A stretch of DNA of 64,000 nucleotides from Nemertoderma westbladi (lineage: Eukaryota > Animalia > Xenacoelomorpha), in contig JAUCBJ010000331.1 in the NCBI GenBank assembly GCA_032718475.1, positions 2,157 to 66,156 on the forward strand, given 5' to 3'. Under the pieces are notes generated by a model that was given only the letters and a program-made list of their open reading frames with translations, was not told the origin of the DNA and searched no databases. Of the stretch, positions 26,501 to 38,300 are shown one piece after another. Position numbers and translations under genes: made by a program. The number at the start of each line of letters is the position of its first letter. Position 1 is the stretch's first letter.

Positions 26501-29500
26501 CCTACTTACCTACTTATGATCCTACTTACCTACTTATGATCCTACTTACCTACTTATGATCCTACTTACCTACTTATGATCCTACTTACCTACTTATGAT
26601 CCTACTTACCTACTTATGATCCTACTTACCTACTTATGATCCTACTTACCTACTTATGATCCTACTTACCTACTTATGATTCTACTTACCTACTTATGAT
26701 CCTACTTATGATCCTACTTACCTACTTATGATCCTACTTACCTACTTATGATCCTACTTACCTACTTATGATCCTACTTACCTACTTATGATCCTACTTA
26801 CCTACTTATGATCCTACTTACCTACTTATGATCCTACTTACCTACTTATGATCCTACTTACCTACTTATAATTCTACTTACCTACTTATGATCCTACTTA
26901 TGATCCTACTTACCTACTTATGATCCTACTTACCTACTTATGATCCTACTTACCTACTTATGACCCTACTTACCTACTTATGATCCTAATTACCTACTTA
27001 TGATCCTACTCATCTACTTATGATCCTACTTACCTACTTATGATCCTACTTACCTACTTATGATCCTACTTACCTACTTATGATCCTACTTACCTACTTA
27101 TGATCCTACTTACCTACTTATGATCCTACTTATGATCCTACTTACCTACTTATGATCCTACTTACCTACTTATGATCCTACTTACCTACTTATGATCCTA
27201 CTTACCTACTTATGATCCTACTTACCTACTTATGATCCTACTTTCCTACTTATGATCCTACTTACCTACTTATGATCCTACTCAGCTACTTATGATCCTA
27301 CTTACCTACTTATGATCCTACTTACCTACTTATGATCCTACTACAGCTACTTATGATCCTACTTACCTACTTATGATCCTACTTACCTACTTATGATCCT
27401 ACTTACCTACTTATGATCCTACTTACCTACTTATGATCCTACTTACCTACTTATGATCCTACTTACCTACTTATGATCCTACTTACCTACTTATGATCCT
27501 ACTTACCTACTTATGATCCTACTTACCTACTTATGATCCTACTTACCTACTTATGATCCTACTCAGCTACTTATGATCCTACTTACCTACTTATGATCCT
27601 ACTCACCTACTTATGATCCTACTTACCTACTTATGATCCTACTTACCTACTTATGATCCTACTTACCTACTTATGATCCTACTTACCTACTTATGATCCT
27701 ACTCAGCTACTTATGATCCTACTTACCTACTTATGATCCTACTTACCTACTTATGATCCTACTTACCTACTTATGATCCTACTTACCTACTTATGATCCT
27801 ACTTACCTACTTATGATCCTACTTACCTACTTATGATCCTACTTACCTACTTATGATCCTACTCAGCTACTTATGATCCTACTTACCTACTTATGATCCT
27901 ACTTACCTACTTATGATCCTACTTACCTACTTATGATCCTACTTACCTACTTATGATCCTACTTACCTACTTATGATCCTACGTACCTACTTATGATCAT
28001 AATCAGCTACTTATGATCCTACTTACCTACTTATGATCCTACTTACCTACTTATGATCCTACTCAGCTACTTATGATCCTACTTACCTACTTATGATCCT
28101 ACTTACCTACTTACCTACTTATGATCCTACTTACCTACTTATGATCCTACTTATGATCCTACTTACCTACTTATGATCCTACTTACCTACTTATGATCCT
28201 ACTTACCTACTTATGATCCTACTTATGATCCTACTTACCTACTTATGATCCTACTCAGCTACTTATGATCCTACTTACCTACTTATGATCCTACTTACCT
28301 ACTTATGATCCTACTTACCTACTTATGATCCTACTTACCTACTTATGATCCTACTCACCTACTTATGATCCTACTTACCTACTTATGATCCTACTCATCT
28401 ACTTATGATCCTACTTACCTACTTATGATCCTACTTACCTACTTATGATCCTACTTACCTACTTATGATCCTACTTACCTACTTATGATCCTACTTACCT
28501 ACTTATGATCCTACTTACCTACTTATGATCCTACTTACCTACTTATGATCCTACTTACCTACTTATGATCCTACTTACCTACTTATGATCCTACTCACCT
28601 ACTTATGATCCTACTTACCTACTTATGATCCTACTCAGCTACTTATGATCCTACTTACCTACTTATGATCCTACTTACCTACTTATGATCCTACTTACCT
28701 ACTTATGATCCTACTTACCTACTTATGATCCTACTTACCTACTTATGATCCTACTTACCTACTTATGATCCTACTTACCTACTTATGATCCTACTTACCT
28801 ACTTATGATCCTACTTACCTACTTATGATCCTACTTACCTACTTATGATCCTACTTACCTACTTATGATCCTACTTACCTACTTATGATCCTACTCACCT
28901 ACTTATGATCCTACTTACCTACTTATGATCCTACTCCTACTTATGATCCTACTTACCTACTTATGATCCTACTCATCTACTTATGATCCTACTTACCTAC
29001 TTATGATCCTACTTACCTACTTATGATCCTACTTACCTACTTATGATCCTACTCACCTACTTATGATCCTACTTACCTACTTATGATCCTACTCATCTAC
29101 TTATGATCCTACTTACCTACTTATGATCCTACTTACCTACTTATGATCCTACTCACCTACTTATGATCCTACTTACCTACTTATGATCCTACTTACCTAC
29201 TTATGATCCTACTCAGCTACTTATGATCCTACTTACCTACTTATGATCCTACTTACCTACTTATGATCCTACTTACCTACTTATGATCCTACTTACCTAC
29301 TTATGATCCTACTTACCTACTTATGATCCTACTCAGCTACTTATGATCCTACTTACCTACTTATGATCCTACATTCCTACTTACCTACTTATGATCCTAC
29401 TTACCTACTTATGATCCTACTCAGCTACTTATGATCCTACTTACCTACTTATGATCCTACTTACCTACTTATGATCCTACTTACCTACTTATGATCCTAC

Positions 29501-32500
29501 TTACCTACTTATGATCCTACTTACCTACTTATGATCCTACTTACCTACTTATGATCCTACTTACCTACTTATGATCCTACTTACCTACTTATGATCCTAC
29601 TTACCTACTTATGATTCTACTTACCTACTTATGATCCTACTTATGATCCTACTTACCTACTTATGATCCTACTTACCTACTTATGATCCTACTTACCTAC
29701 TTATGACCCTACTTACCTACTTATGATCCTACTTACCTACTTATGATCCTACTTACCTACTTATGATCCTACTTACCTACTTATGATCCTACTTACCTAC
29801 TTATAATTCTACTTACCTACTTATGATCCTACTTATGATCCTACTTACCTACTTATGATCCTACTTACCTACTTATGATCCTACTTACCTACTTATGACC
29901 CTACTTACCTACTTATGATCCTACTTACCTACTTATGATCCTACTCATCTACTTATGATCCTACTTACCTACTTATGATCCTACTTACCTACTTATGATC
30001 CTACTTACCTACTTATGATCCTACTTACCTCCTTATGATCCTACTTACCTACTTATGATCCTACTTATGATCCTACTTACCTACTTATGATCCTACTTAC
30101 CTACTTATGATCCTACTTACCTACTTATGATCCTACTTACCTACTTATGATCCTACTTACCTACTTATGATCCTACTTTCCTACTTATGATCCTACTTAC
30201 CTACTTATGATCCTACTCAGCTACTTATGATCCTACTTACCTACTTATGATCCTACTTACCTACTTATGATCCTACACAGCTACTTATGATCCTACTTAC
30301 CTACTTATGATCCTACTTACCTACTTATGATCCTACTTACCTACTTATGATCCTACTTACCTACTTATGATCCTACTTACCTACTTATGATCCTACTTAC
30401 CTACTTATGATCCTACTTACCTACTTATGATCCTACTTACCTACTTATGATCCTACTTACCTACTTATGATCCTACTTACCTACTTATGATCCTACTCAG
30501 CTACTTATGATCCTACTTACCTACTTATGATCCTACTCAGCTACTTATGATCCTACTTACCTACTTATGATCCTACTTACCTACTTATGATCCTACTTAC
30601 CTACTTATGATCCTACTTACCTACTTATGATCCTACTCAGCTACTTATGATCCTACTTACCTACTTATGATCCTACTTACCTACTTATGATCCTACTTAC
30701 CTACTTATGATCCTACTTACCTACTTATGATCCTACTTACCTACTTATGATCCTACTTACCTACTTATGATCCTACTTACCTACTTATGATCCTACTCAG
30801 CTACTTATGATCCTACTTACCTACTTATGATCCTACTTACCTACTTATGATCCTACTTACCTACTTATGATCCTACTTACCTACTTATGATCCTACTTAC
30901 CTACTTATGATCCTACGTACCTACTTATGATCATAATCAGCTACTTATGATCCTACTTACCTACTTATGATCCTACTTACCTACTTATGATCCTACTCAG
31001 CTACTTATGATCCTACTTACCTACTTATGATCCTACTTACCTACTTACCTACTTATGATCCTACTTACCTACTTATGATCCTACTTATGATCCTACTTAC
31101 CTACTTATGATCCTACTTACCTACTTATGATCCTACTTACCTACTTATGATCCTACTTATGATCCTACTTACCTACTTATGATCCTACTCAGCTACTTAT
31201 GATCCTACTTACCTACTTATGATCCTACTTACCTACTTATGATCCTACTTACCTACTTATGATCCTACTTACCTACTTATGATCCTACTCATCTACTTAT
31301 GATCCTACTTACCTACTTATGATCCTACTCATCTACTTATGATCCTACTTACCTACTTATGATCCTACTTACCTACTTATAATCCTACTTACCTACTTAT
31401 GATCCTACTCATCTACTTATGATCCTACTTACCTACTTATGATCCTACTCATCTACTTATGATCCTACTTACCTACTTATGATCCTACTTACCTACTTAT
31501 GATCCTACTCAGCTACTTATGATCCTACTTACCTACTTATGATCCTACTTACCTACTTATGATCCTACTTACCTACTTATGATCCTACTTACCTACTTAT
31601 GATCCTACTTACCTACTTATGATCCTACTTACCTACTTATGATCCTACTTACCTACTTATGATCCTACTTATGATCCTACTTACCTACTTATGATCCTAC
31701 TTACCTACTTATGATCCTACTTACCTACTTATGATCCTACTTACCTACTTATGATCCTACTTACCTACTTATGATCCTACTTACCTACTTATGATCCTAC
31801 TTACCTACTTATGATCCTACTCATCTACTTATGATCCTACTTACCTACTTATGATCCTACTCATCTACTTATGATCCTACTTACCTACTTATGATCCTAC
31901 TCAGCTACTTATGATCCTACTTACCTACTTATGATCCTACTTACCTACTTATGATCCTACTTACCTACTTATGATCCTACTTACCTACTTATGATCTTAC
32001 TTACCTACTTATGATCCTACTTACCTACTTATGATCCTACTTACCTACTTATGATCCTACTTACCTACTTATGATCCTACTCAGCTACTTATGATCCTAC
32101 TTACCTACTTATGATCCTACTTACCTACTTATGATCCTACTTACCTACTTATGATCCTACTTACCTACTTATGATCCTACTTACCTACTTATGATCCTAC
32201 TCAGCTACTTATGATCCTACTTACCTACTTATGATCCTACTTACCTACTTATGATCCTACTTACCTACTTATGATCCTACTTACCTACTTATGATCCTAC
32301 TTACCTACTTATGATCCTACTTACCTACTTATGATCCTACTTACCTACTTATGATCCTACTCAGCTACTTATGATCCTACTTACCTACTTATGATCCTAC
32401 TTACCTACTTATGATCCTACTTACCTACTTATGATCCTACTTACCTACTTATGATCCTACTTACCTACTTATGATCCTACTTACCTACTTATGATCCTAC

Positions 32501-32704
32501 TTACCTACTTATGATCCTACTTACCTACTTATGATCCTACTTATCTACTTATGATCCTACTTACCTACTTATGATCCTACTTACCTACTTATGATCCTAC
32601 TTACCTACTTATAATCCTACTTACCTACTTATGATCCTACTTACCTACTTATAATCCTACTTACCTACTTATGATCCTACTTACCTACTTATGATCCTAC
32701 TTAC
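17576..32704. repeat. 20-bp satellite (tgatcctacttacctactta) x ~710, interrupted by a LINE at 24152-25094
   Basis: Directly visible. Variants include ctcagct, ctcatct, ctcacct and 12-bp short units; larger duplicated blocks are present. Confidence 0.98.
24152..25094 (+). mobile_element. 5'-truncated CRE-clade-like non-LTR retrotransposon (CCHC + restriction-like endonuclease), poly(A) tail, 12-bp TSD
   Basis: Encodes CVCGERFSPSHVLSC, RHNEIRD, VEP, RLDV..GFW..YFDVSV, K..KY and FVPL..SAFGG, with a frameshift near 24407 and a stop at 24908. AATAAA and an A15 tail follow. cttacctactta flanks both sides (24140-24151 and 25095-25106). Confidence 0.88.
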
Positions 32705-32887
32705 TTGGTTAGGAAACACCGTCAATGTAACCTGCTCCTTCCCCTTAATGGTTTAATTTCAATAAATTTATATTTTTTCAAATAATTGCAATTCCGAAAT
32801 CTAGAAATCGTTATGACGTCATTATAATTGATAGCTAGATTTCTCGAAGGGCCGCCGTTTAGTAATTTAGTTTTTTTTTTATTCCAG

Positions 32888-33010
32888 AGCCAAGGCTGGA
32901 TCCATTACATGATGCATGAACCGGAACCCCATATCCTGTTGTTCCGCAGAGCAGCTCCGGGTCAAACAGCTGCTCAATCAAAGCAATCAGTCGTGCAGAA
33001 AGTCCATTAA
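32888..33010 (+). CDS. CKS1: Cks1/suc1 coding exon 3
   Basis: [21 protein letters not shown]... contains the diagnostic [12 protein letters not shown] hinge motif, with TAA at 33008-33010. The spliced product is 90 aa. Confidence 0.97.
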   Translation, partial: SQGWIHYMMHEPEPHILLFRRAAPGQTAAQSKQSVVQKVH

Positions 33011-33134
33011 AGCCAACAAATAACCCGGTCGCAATAATTGTATATTGTGGACAGCCCACCATATATTATACTCGATGTTCGTTCGCTTTGTGATTAATAA
33101 CTAAATACATTATAAATAATACGTTAATATTTAC

Positions 33135-33140
33135 AATAAA
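33135..33140 (+). terminator. Candidate Cks polyadenylation signal AATAAA
   Basis: First canonical AATAAA seen after the stop, followed by T/GT-rich sequence. Confidence 0.45.
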
Positions 33141-33725
33141 CTTTCCTAGTTTACTTTACTGTGTTTGCTTATTGTTTCCGTTATACTTTACTATGCATCT
33201 TCGACTTACACAAACATGTCGTTATAGTTGTGTATTAAATAATACACGTGTAAATATATTTAGCAAAGTTATTGTTTGTGAGTTATATTTTTATTAAATC
33301 TTATTAAATATTGAATTACATTCTGGTCGTGATACTCAACTATATATTTCTTTTCCCCAACTGTATAAACCATATAACTTAATGTGTCTTTTGCTACTAA
33401 ACTTTTACATTTTAATAAGACATTTGTATGCATCTTCATTTGATAATTTCCTATTTACGCACGTCAGTGTAAAATAACACTTTGAGTGAAACACCGAAAA
33501 GTTGCCAAAAAGCTCCATAAATGTTAGACAATGTATAATTCCACTTCTACTAATCGAAATTTCATAAAATAAAGTTCATACGATGCCTTAAATTCTAAAC
33601 AATATTGGACACCACATCTGTGCAGCATATTATAAAAGTATAGTTTCGTAATTAACTCTTGAATGCAAAAAATATAGGAAAAATGCAATTTTCACATCAA
33701 TGTAGTGATCATTTCATTGATTTAA

Positions 33726-34148
33726 ATGTTATTCTTTATATATTAATATTTCAAAAGGTATGGATGCTGATACAGTATAACAATAGCGACAAAATAAGAA
33801 AGCTAAGGGGGGAGGGTGGGTGTGTAAGTTAGTCTGTTTCATTGGGGAGGGGGGGTATGTAAGTCCTTTCCGTCGGGTGGGGGGGGGGGGGGGGGGGGGG
33901 TGGTGGAGTATTAGGGGCCATTAATGAGTGAGGGGTCCACGGTCCCCGTAATGGAGGCCGCATTGCCGACCAGGATGGCGATTGCCAGCCTTTGCAGGAG
34001 GAAGCGGTGAGATCGAGGCTCCTGGGGGACAGAGTGGAGTCTTGCCCCGATCTCCTTCAGGAACTCGGATGCTTCAGGGCCGGGGCGGCCCAAGGTCTCG
34101 TAGGCTACCGGATGGAAGAGGTAGCCCCGGTCTATGAGTTCCTGGTAC
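33726..34148 (-). mobile_element. Short 5'-truncated RLE-type (CRE-like) LINE with 14-bp TSD
   Basis: Minus strand encodes KYQELIDRGYLFHPVAYETLG...FLLQRLAIAILVGNAASI. tttcattgatttaa flanks both ends (33712-33725, 34149-34162). Confidence 0.8.
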
Positions 34149-35337
34149 TTTCATTGATTTAATGGCCTATTGGAATTATAATAGTGTATAAGTGTTATAT
34201 ACCACTAGAAAGCCCGTTAAATTTGGAGTCAAACAGTGTACTGTACTCACGAACATGATTACATAGCTACACGGAACTTGATGAGCCACAAAAGCCTGAT
34301 TTTTAATTTATAGCTAAAAATTGTGCTCCAAGAGAATTGTGAGGTAAAAAAAAACCCCTTTACTTTTTTACGTTCGAATTAATTATTTTTGAAATCACAG
34401 CAGTTTATGCAGCAGAATTATGAAAATAAAATTGAATCAAATTAATTTAATAGCTTTGAAGTTACAGGTTGATAAGTATCTCCAAACATGGGTGTCCGAC
34501 CATAAATGTCCATCCCTGTGACCAGGGTATGCAAACACAGAACTGCAAATTTGTTTGAACTAGATTCTAGGAACCATGACCATATTTAGATCACCCTGCC
34601 TGGCAAGCTTTCTAATGGTATATAATACACGTACCCTCATATAATTCCATCGCCTGTGTAAACCAATGCATACCATAAAACGTCCCCCCACCTGTAACCG
34701 CCTGTAACCAGGCTCTCATTACATTTACACGGAAGGTTACAGAAGGACAAATGTCCCACGCCTTTAACCAATTATCCTATTAAAATAATGGTTACAGGCA
34801 GTGGACAGGAAGGGACAAGCAGTATATTTTTTTACAGATCATATTTAAGCTCGCACAATACTTGTACTGAATTCTACACAGACTCTGAGCTTTCAGAATA
34901 TATATGGTTTGTTAGGTTTTGGGAAACTTTATATTTTGCTAAATAATGTCTCCAATTTGGCAACTTTTCTGTGTTTTCACCCTTTATACTTTGTGGTAAT
35001 CCGGTATTTTATTCCACAAACAAACATAGTGAGTAATGTGATTTGTTCTCTAAGTCAAATCAATACCGGCAAACACAGGCCTTAATCACCCCACAAGTTA
35101 CAGTATAATTAATACGTGATTGGGAAGGGACTAACGTTTCTCCAACGAGCGGGGTTCTGTGGTAATTTATTCTAACCAAAACAACAATAATGAGTGTCAA
35201 TAGAACATATTAGGCCTACAGTTAAATTTTTAACGGGACGAAGTGGGAGCACCCCCCCCCCCCCCCCTGATGGCCACTTTCGGACCTTGGAGCCAATACG
35301 TTTATTACATAAGTGACTGGTCTTTGGTGAAATTACG

Positions 35338-38300
35338 ACTGTCTGTAACTGATCTGATCTGTAACTGCTCTGGACTGTAAGAACTGCTCTGGACTGTAAC
35401 TGCTCTGGTCTGTAACTGCTCTGGTCTGCAACTGCTCTGGTCTGTAACTGCTCTGATCTGTAACTGCTCTGGTCTGTAACTGCTCTGGTCTGTAACTGCT
35501 CTGGTCTGTAACTGCTCTGGTCTGTAACTGCTCTGGTCTGTAACTGCTCTGATCTGTAACTGCTCTGGTCTGTAACTGCCCTGGTCTGTAACTGCCTTGG
35601 TCTGTAACTGCTCTGGTCTATAACTGCTCTGATCTGTAACTGCTCTGGTCTGTAACTGCCCTGGTCTGTAACTGCCTTGGTCTGTAACTGCTCTGGTCTA
35701 TAACTGCTCTGGTCTGTAACTGATCTGGTCTGGTCTGTAACTGCACTGGTTTGTAACTGCTCTGGACTGTAACTGCACTGCTCTGTAACTGCTTTAGTCG
35801 GTAACTGCCCTGGTCTGTAACTGCTCTGGTCTGTTACTGCTCTGGTCTGTAACTGCTCTGGTCTGTAACTGCTCTGGTCTGTAACTGCTCTGGTCTGTAA
35901 CTGCTCTGGTCTGTAACTGCTCTGATCTGTAACTGCTCTGGTCTGTAACTGCCCTGGTCTGTAACTGCCCTGGTCTGTAACTGCTCTGGTCTATAACTGC
36001 TCTGGTCTGTAACTGCACTGGTTTGTAACTGCTCAGGACTGTAACTGCACTGGTCTGTAACTGCTCTAGTCTGTAACTGCCCTGGTCTGTAACTGCTCTG
36101 GTCTGTAACTGCTCTGGTCTGTAACTGCTCTGGTCTGTAACTGCTCTGGTCTGTAACTGCTTTGGTCTGTAACTGCTCTGGTCTGTAACTGATCTGGTCT
36201 GGTCTGTAACTGCTCTGGTCTGTAACTGCTCTGGTCTGTAACTGCTCTGGTCTGTAACTGCTCTGATCTGTAACTACTCTGGTCTGTAACTGCTCTGGTC
36301 TGTAACTGCCCTGGTCTGTAACTGCCCTGGTCTGTAACTGCTCTGGTCTATAACTGCTCTGGTCTGTAACTGCTCTGGTCTGTAACTGATCTGGTCTGGT
36401 CTGTAACTGCTCTGGTCTGTAACTGCTCTGGTCTGTAACTGCTCTGGTCTGTAACTGCTCTAGTCTGTAACTGCCCTGGTCTGTAACTGCTCTGGTCTGT
36501 TACTGCTCTGGTCAGTAACTGCTCTGGTCTGTAACTGCCCAGGTCTGTAACTACCCTGGTCTGTAACTGCTCTGGTCTGTAACTGCTCTGGTCTGTAACT
36601 GCTCTGGTCTGTAACTGCCCTGGTCTGTAACTGCCCTGGTCTGTAACTGCTCTGGTCTATAACTGCTCTGGTCTGTAACTACCCTGGTCTGTAACTGCTC
36701 TGGTCTGTAACTGCTCTGGTCTGTAACTGCTCTGGTCTGTAACTGCCCTGGTCTGTAACTGCCCTGGTCTGTAACTGCTCTGGTCTATAACTGCTCTGGT
36801 CTGTAACTACCCTGGTCTGTAACTGCTCTGGTCTATAACTGCTCTGGTCTGTAACTACCCTGGTCTGTAACTGCTCTGGTCTGTAACTGCTCTGGTCTAT
36901 AACTGCTCTGGTCTGTAACTGCCCTGGTCTGTAACTGCTCTGGTCTATAACTGCTCTGGTCTGTAACTACCCTGGTCTGTAACTGCTCTGGTCTATAACT
37001 GCTCTGGTCTGTAACTACCCTGGTCTGTAACTGCTCTGGTCTGTAACTGCCCTGGTCTGTAACTGCCCTGGTCTGTAACTGCTCTGGTCTATAACTGCTC
37101 TGGTCTGTAACTGCCCTGGTCTGTAACTGCTCTGGTCTATAACTGCTCTGGTCTGTAACTACCCTGGTCTGTAACTGCTCTGGTCTGTAACTGCTCTGGT
37201 CTGTAACTGCTCTGGTCTGTAACTGCCCTGGTCTATAACTGCCCTGGTCTGTAACTGCTCTGGTCTATAACTGCCCTGGTCTGTAACTGCCCTGGTCTGT
37301 AACTGCTCTGGTCTATAACTGCCCTGGTCTGTAACTACCCTGGTCTGTAACTGCTCTGGTCTGTAACTGCTCTGGTCTGTAACTGCTCTGGTCTGTAACT
37401 GCCCTGGTCTGTAACTGCCCTGGTCTGTAACTGCTCTGGTCTATAACTGCTCTGGTCTGTAACTGCTCTGGTCTGTAACTGATCTGGTCTGGTCTGTAAC
37501 TGCTCTGGTCTGTAACTGCTCTGGTCTGTAACTGCTCTGGTCTGTAACTGCTCTAGTCTGTAACTGCCCTGGTCTGTAACTGCTCTGGTCTGTTACTGCT
37601 CTGGTCAGTAACTGCTCTGGTCTGTAACTGCCCTGGTCTGTAACTACCCTGGTCTGTAACTGCTCTGGTCTGTAACTGCTCTGGTCTGTAACTGCTCTGG
37701 TCTGTAACTGCTCTGGTCTGTAACTGCTCTGGTCTGTAACTGCTCTGGTCTGTAACTGCTCTGGTCTGTAACTGCTCTAGTCTGTAACTGCCCTGGTCTG
37801 TAACTGCTCTGGTCTGTAACTGCTCTGGTCAGTAACTGCTCTGGTCTGTAACTGCCCTGGTCTGTAACTACCCTGGTCTGTAACTGCTCTGGTCTGTAAC
37901 TGCTCTGGTCTGTAACTACCCTGGTCTGTAACTGCCCTGGTCTGTAACTACCCTGGTCTGTAACTGCCCTGGTCTGTAACTACCCTGGTCTGTAACTGCC
38001 CTGGTCTGTAACTGCTTTGGTCTGTAACTACCCTGGTCTGTAACTACTCTGGTCTGTAACTGCTCTGGTCTGTAACTGCTTTGGTCTGTAACTGCTCTGG
38101 TCTGTAACTGCTCTGGTCTGTAACTGCTCTGGTCTGTAACTGATCTGGTCTGGTCTGTAACTGCTCTGGTCTGTAACTGCTCTGGTCAGTAACTGCTCTG
38201 GTCTGTAACTGCTCTGGTCTGTAACTGATCTGGTCTGTAACTGCTCTAATCTGTAACTGCTCTGGTCTGTAACTGCTCTGGTCTGTAACTGCTCTGGTCT

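Larger units (their letters stand above)
10110..32887 (+). other. Cks intron 2, 22,778 nt, GT-AG, almost wholly tandem repeat
   Basis: GTGAGT donor and tttttttttttattccag acceptor. Joining gives the conserved GVQQ|SQGW motif. Confidence 0.93.

Noticed and set aside
32828-32887. N-terminal part of the 60-aa ORF 32828-33010
   Set aside because: It is intronic polypyrimidine tract read in frame; coding starts at the acceptor (32888).
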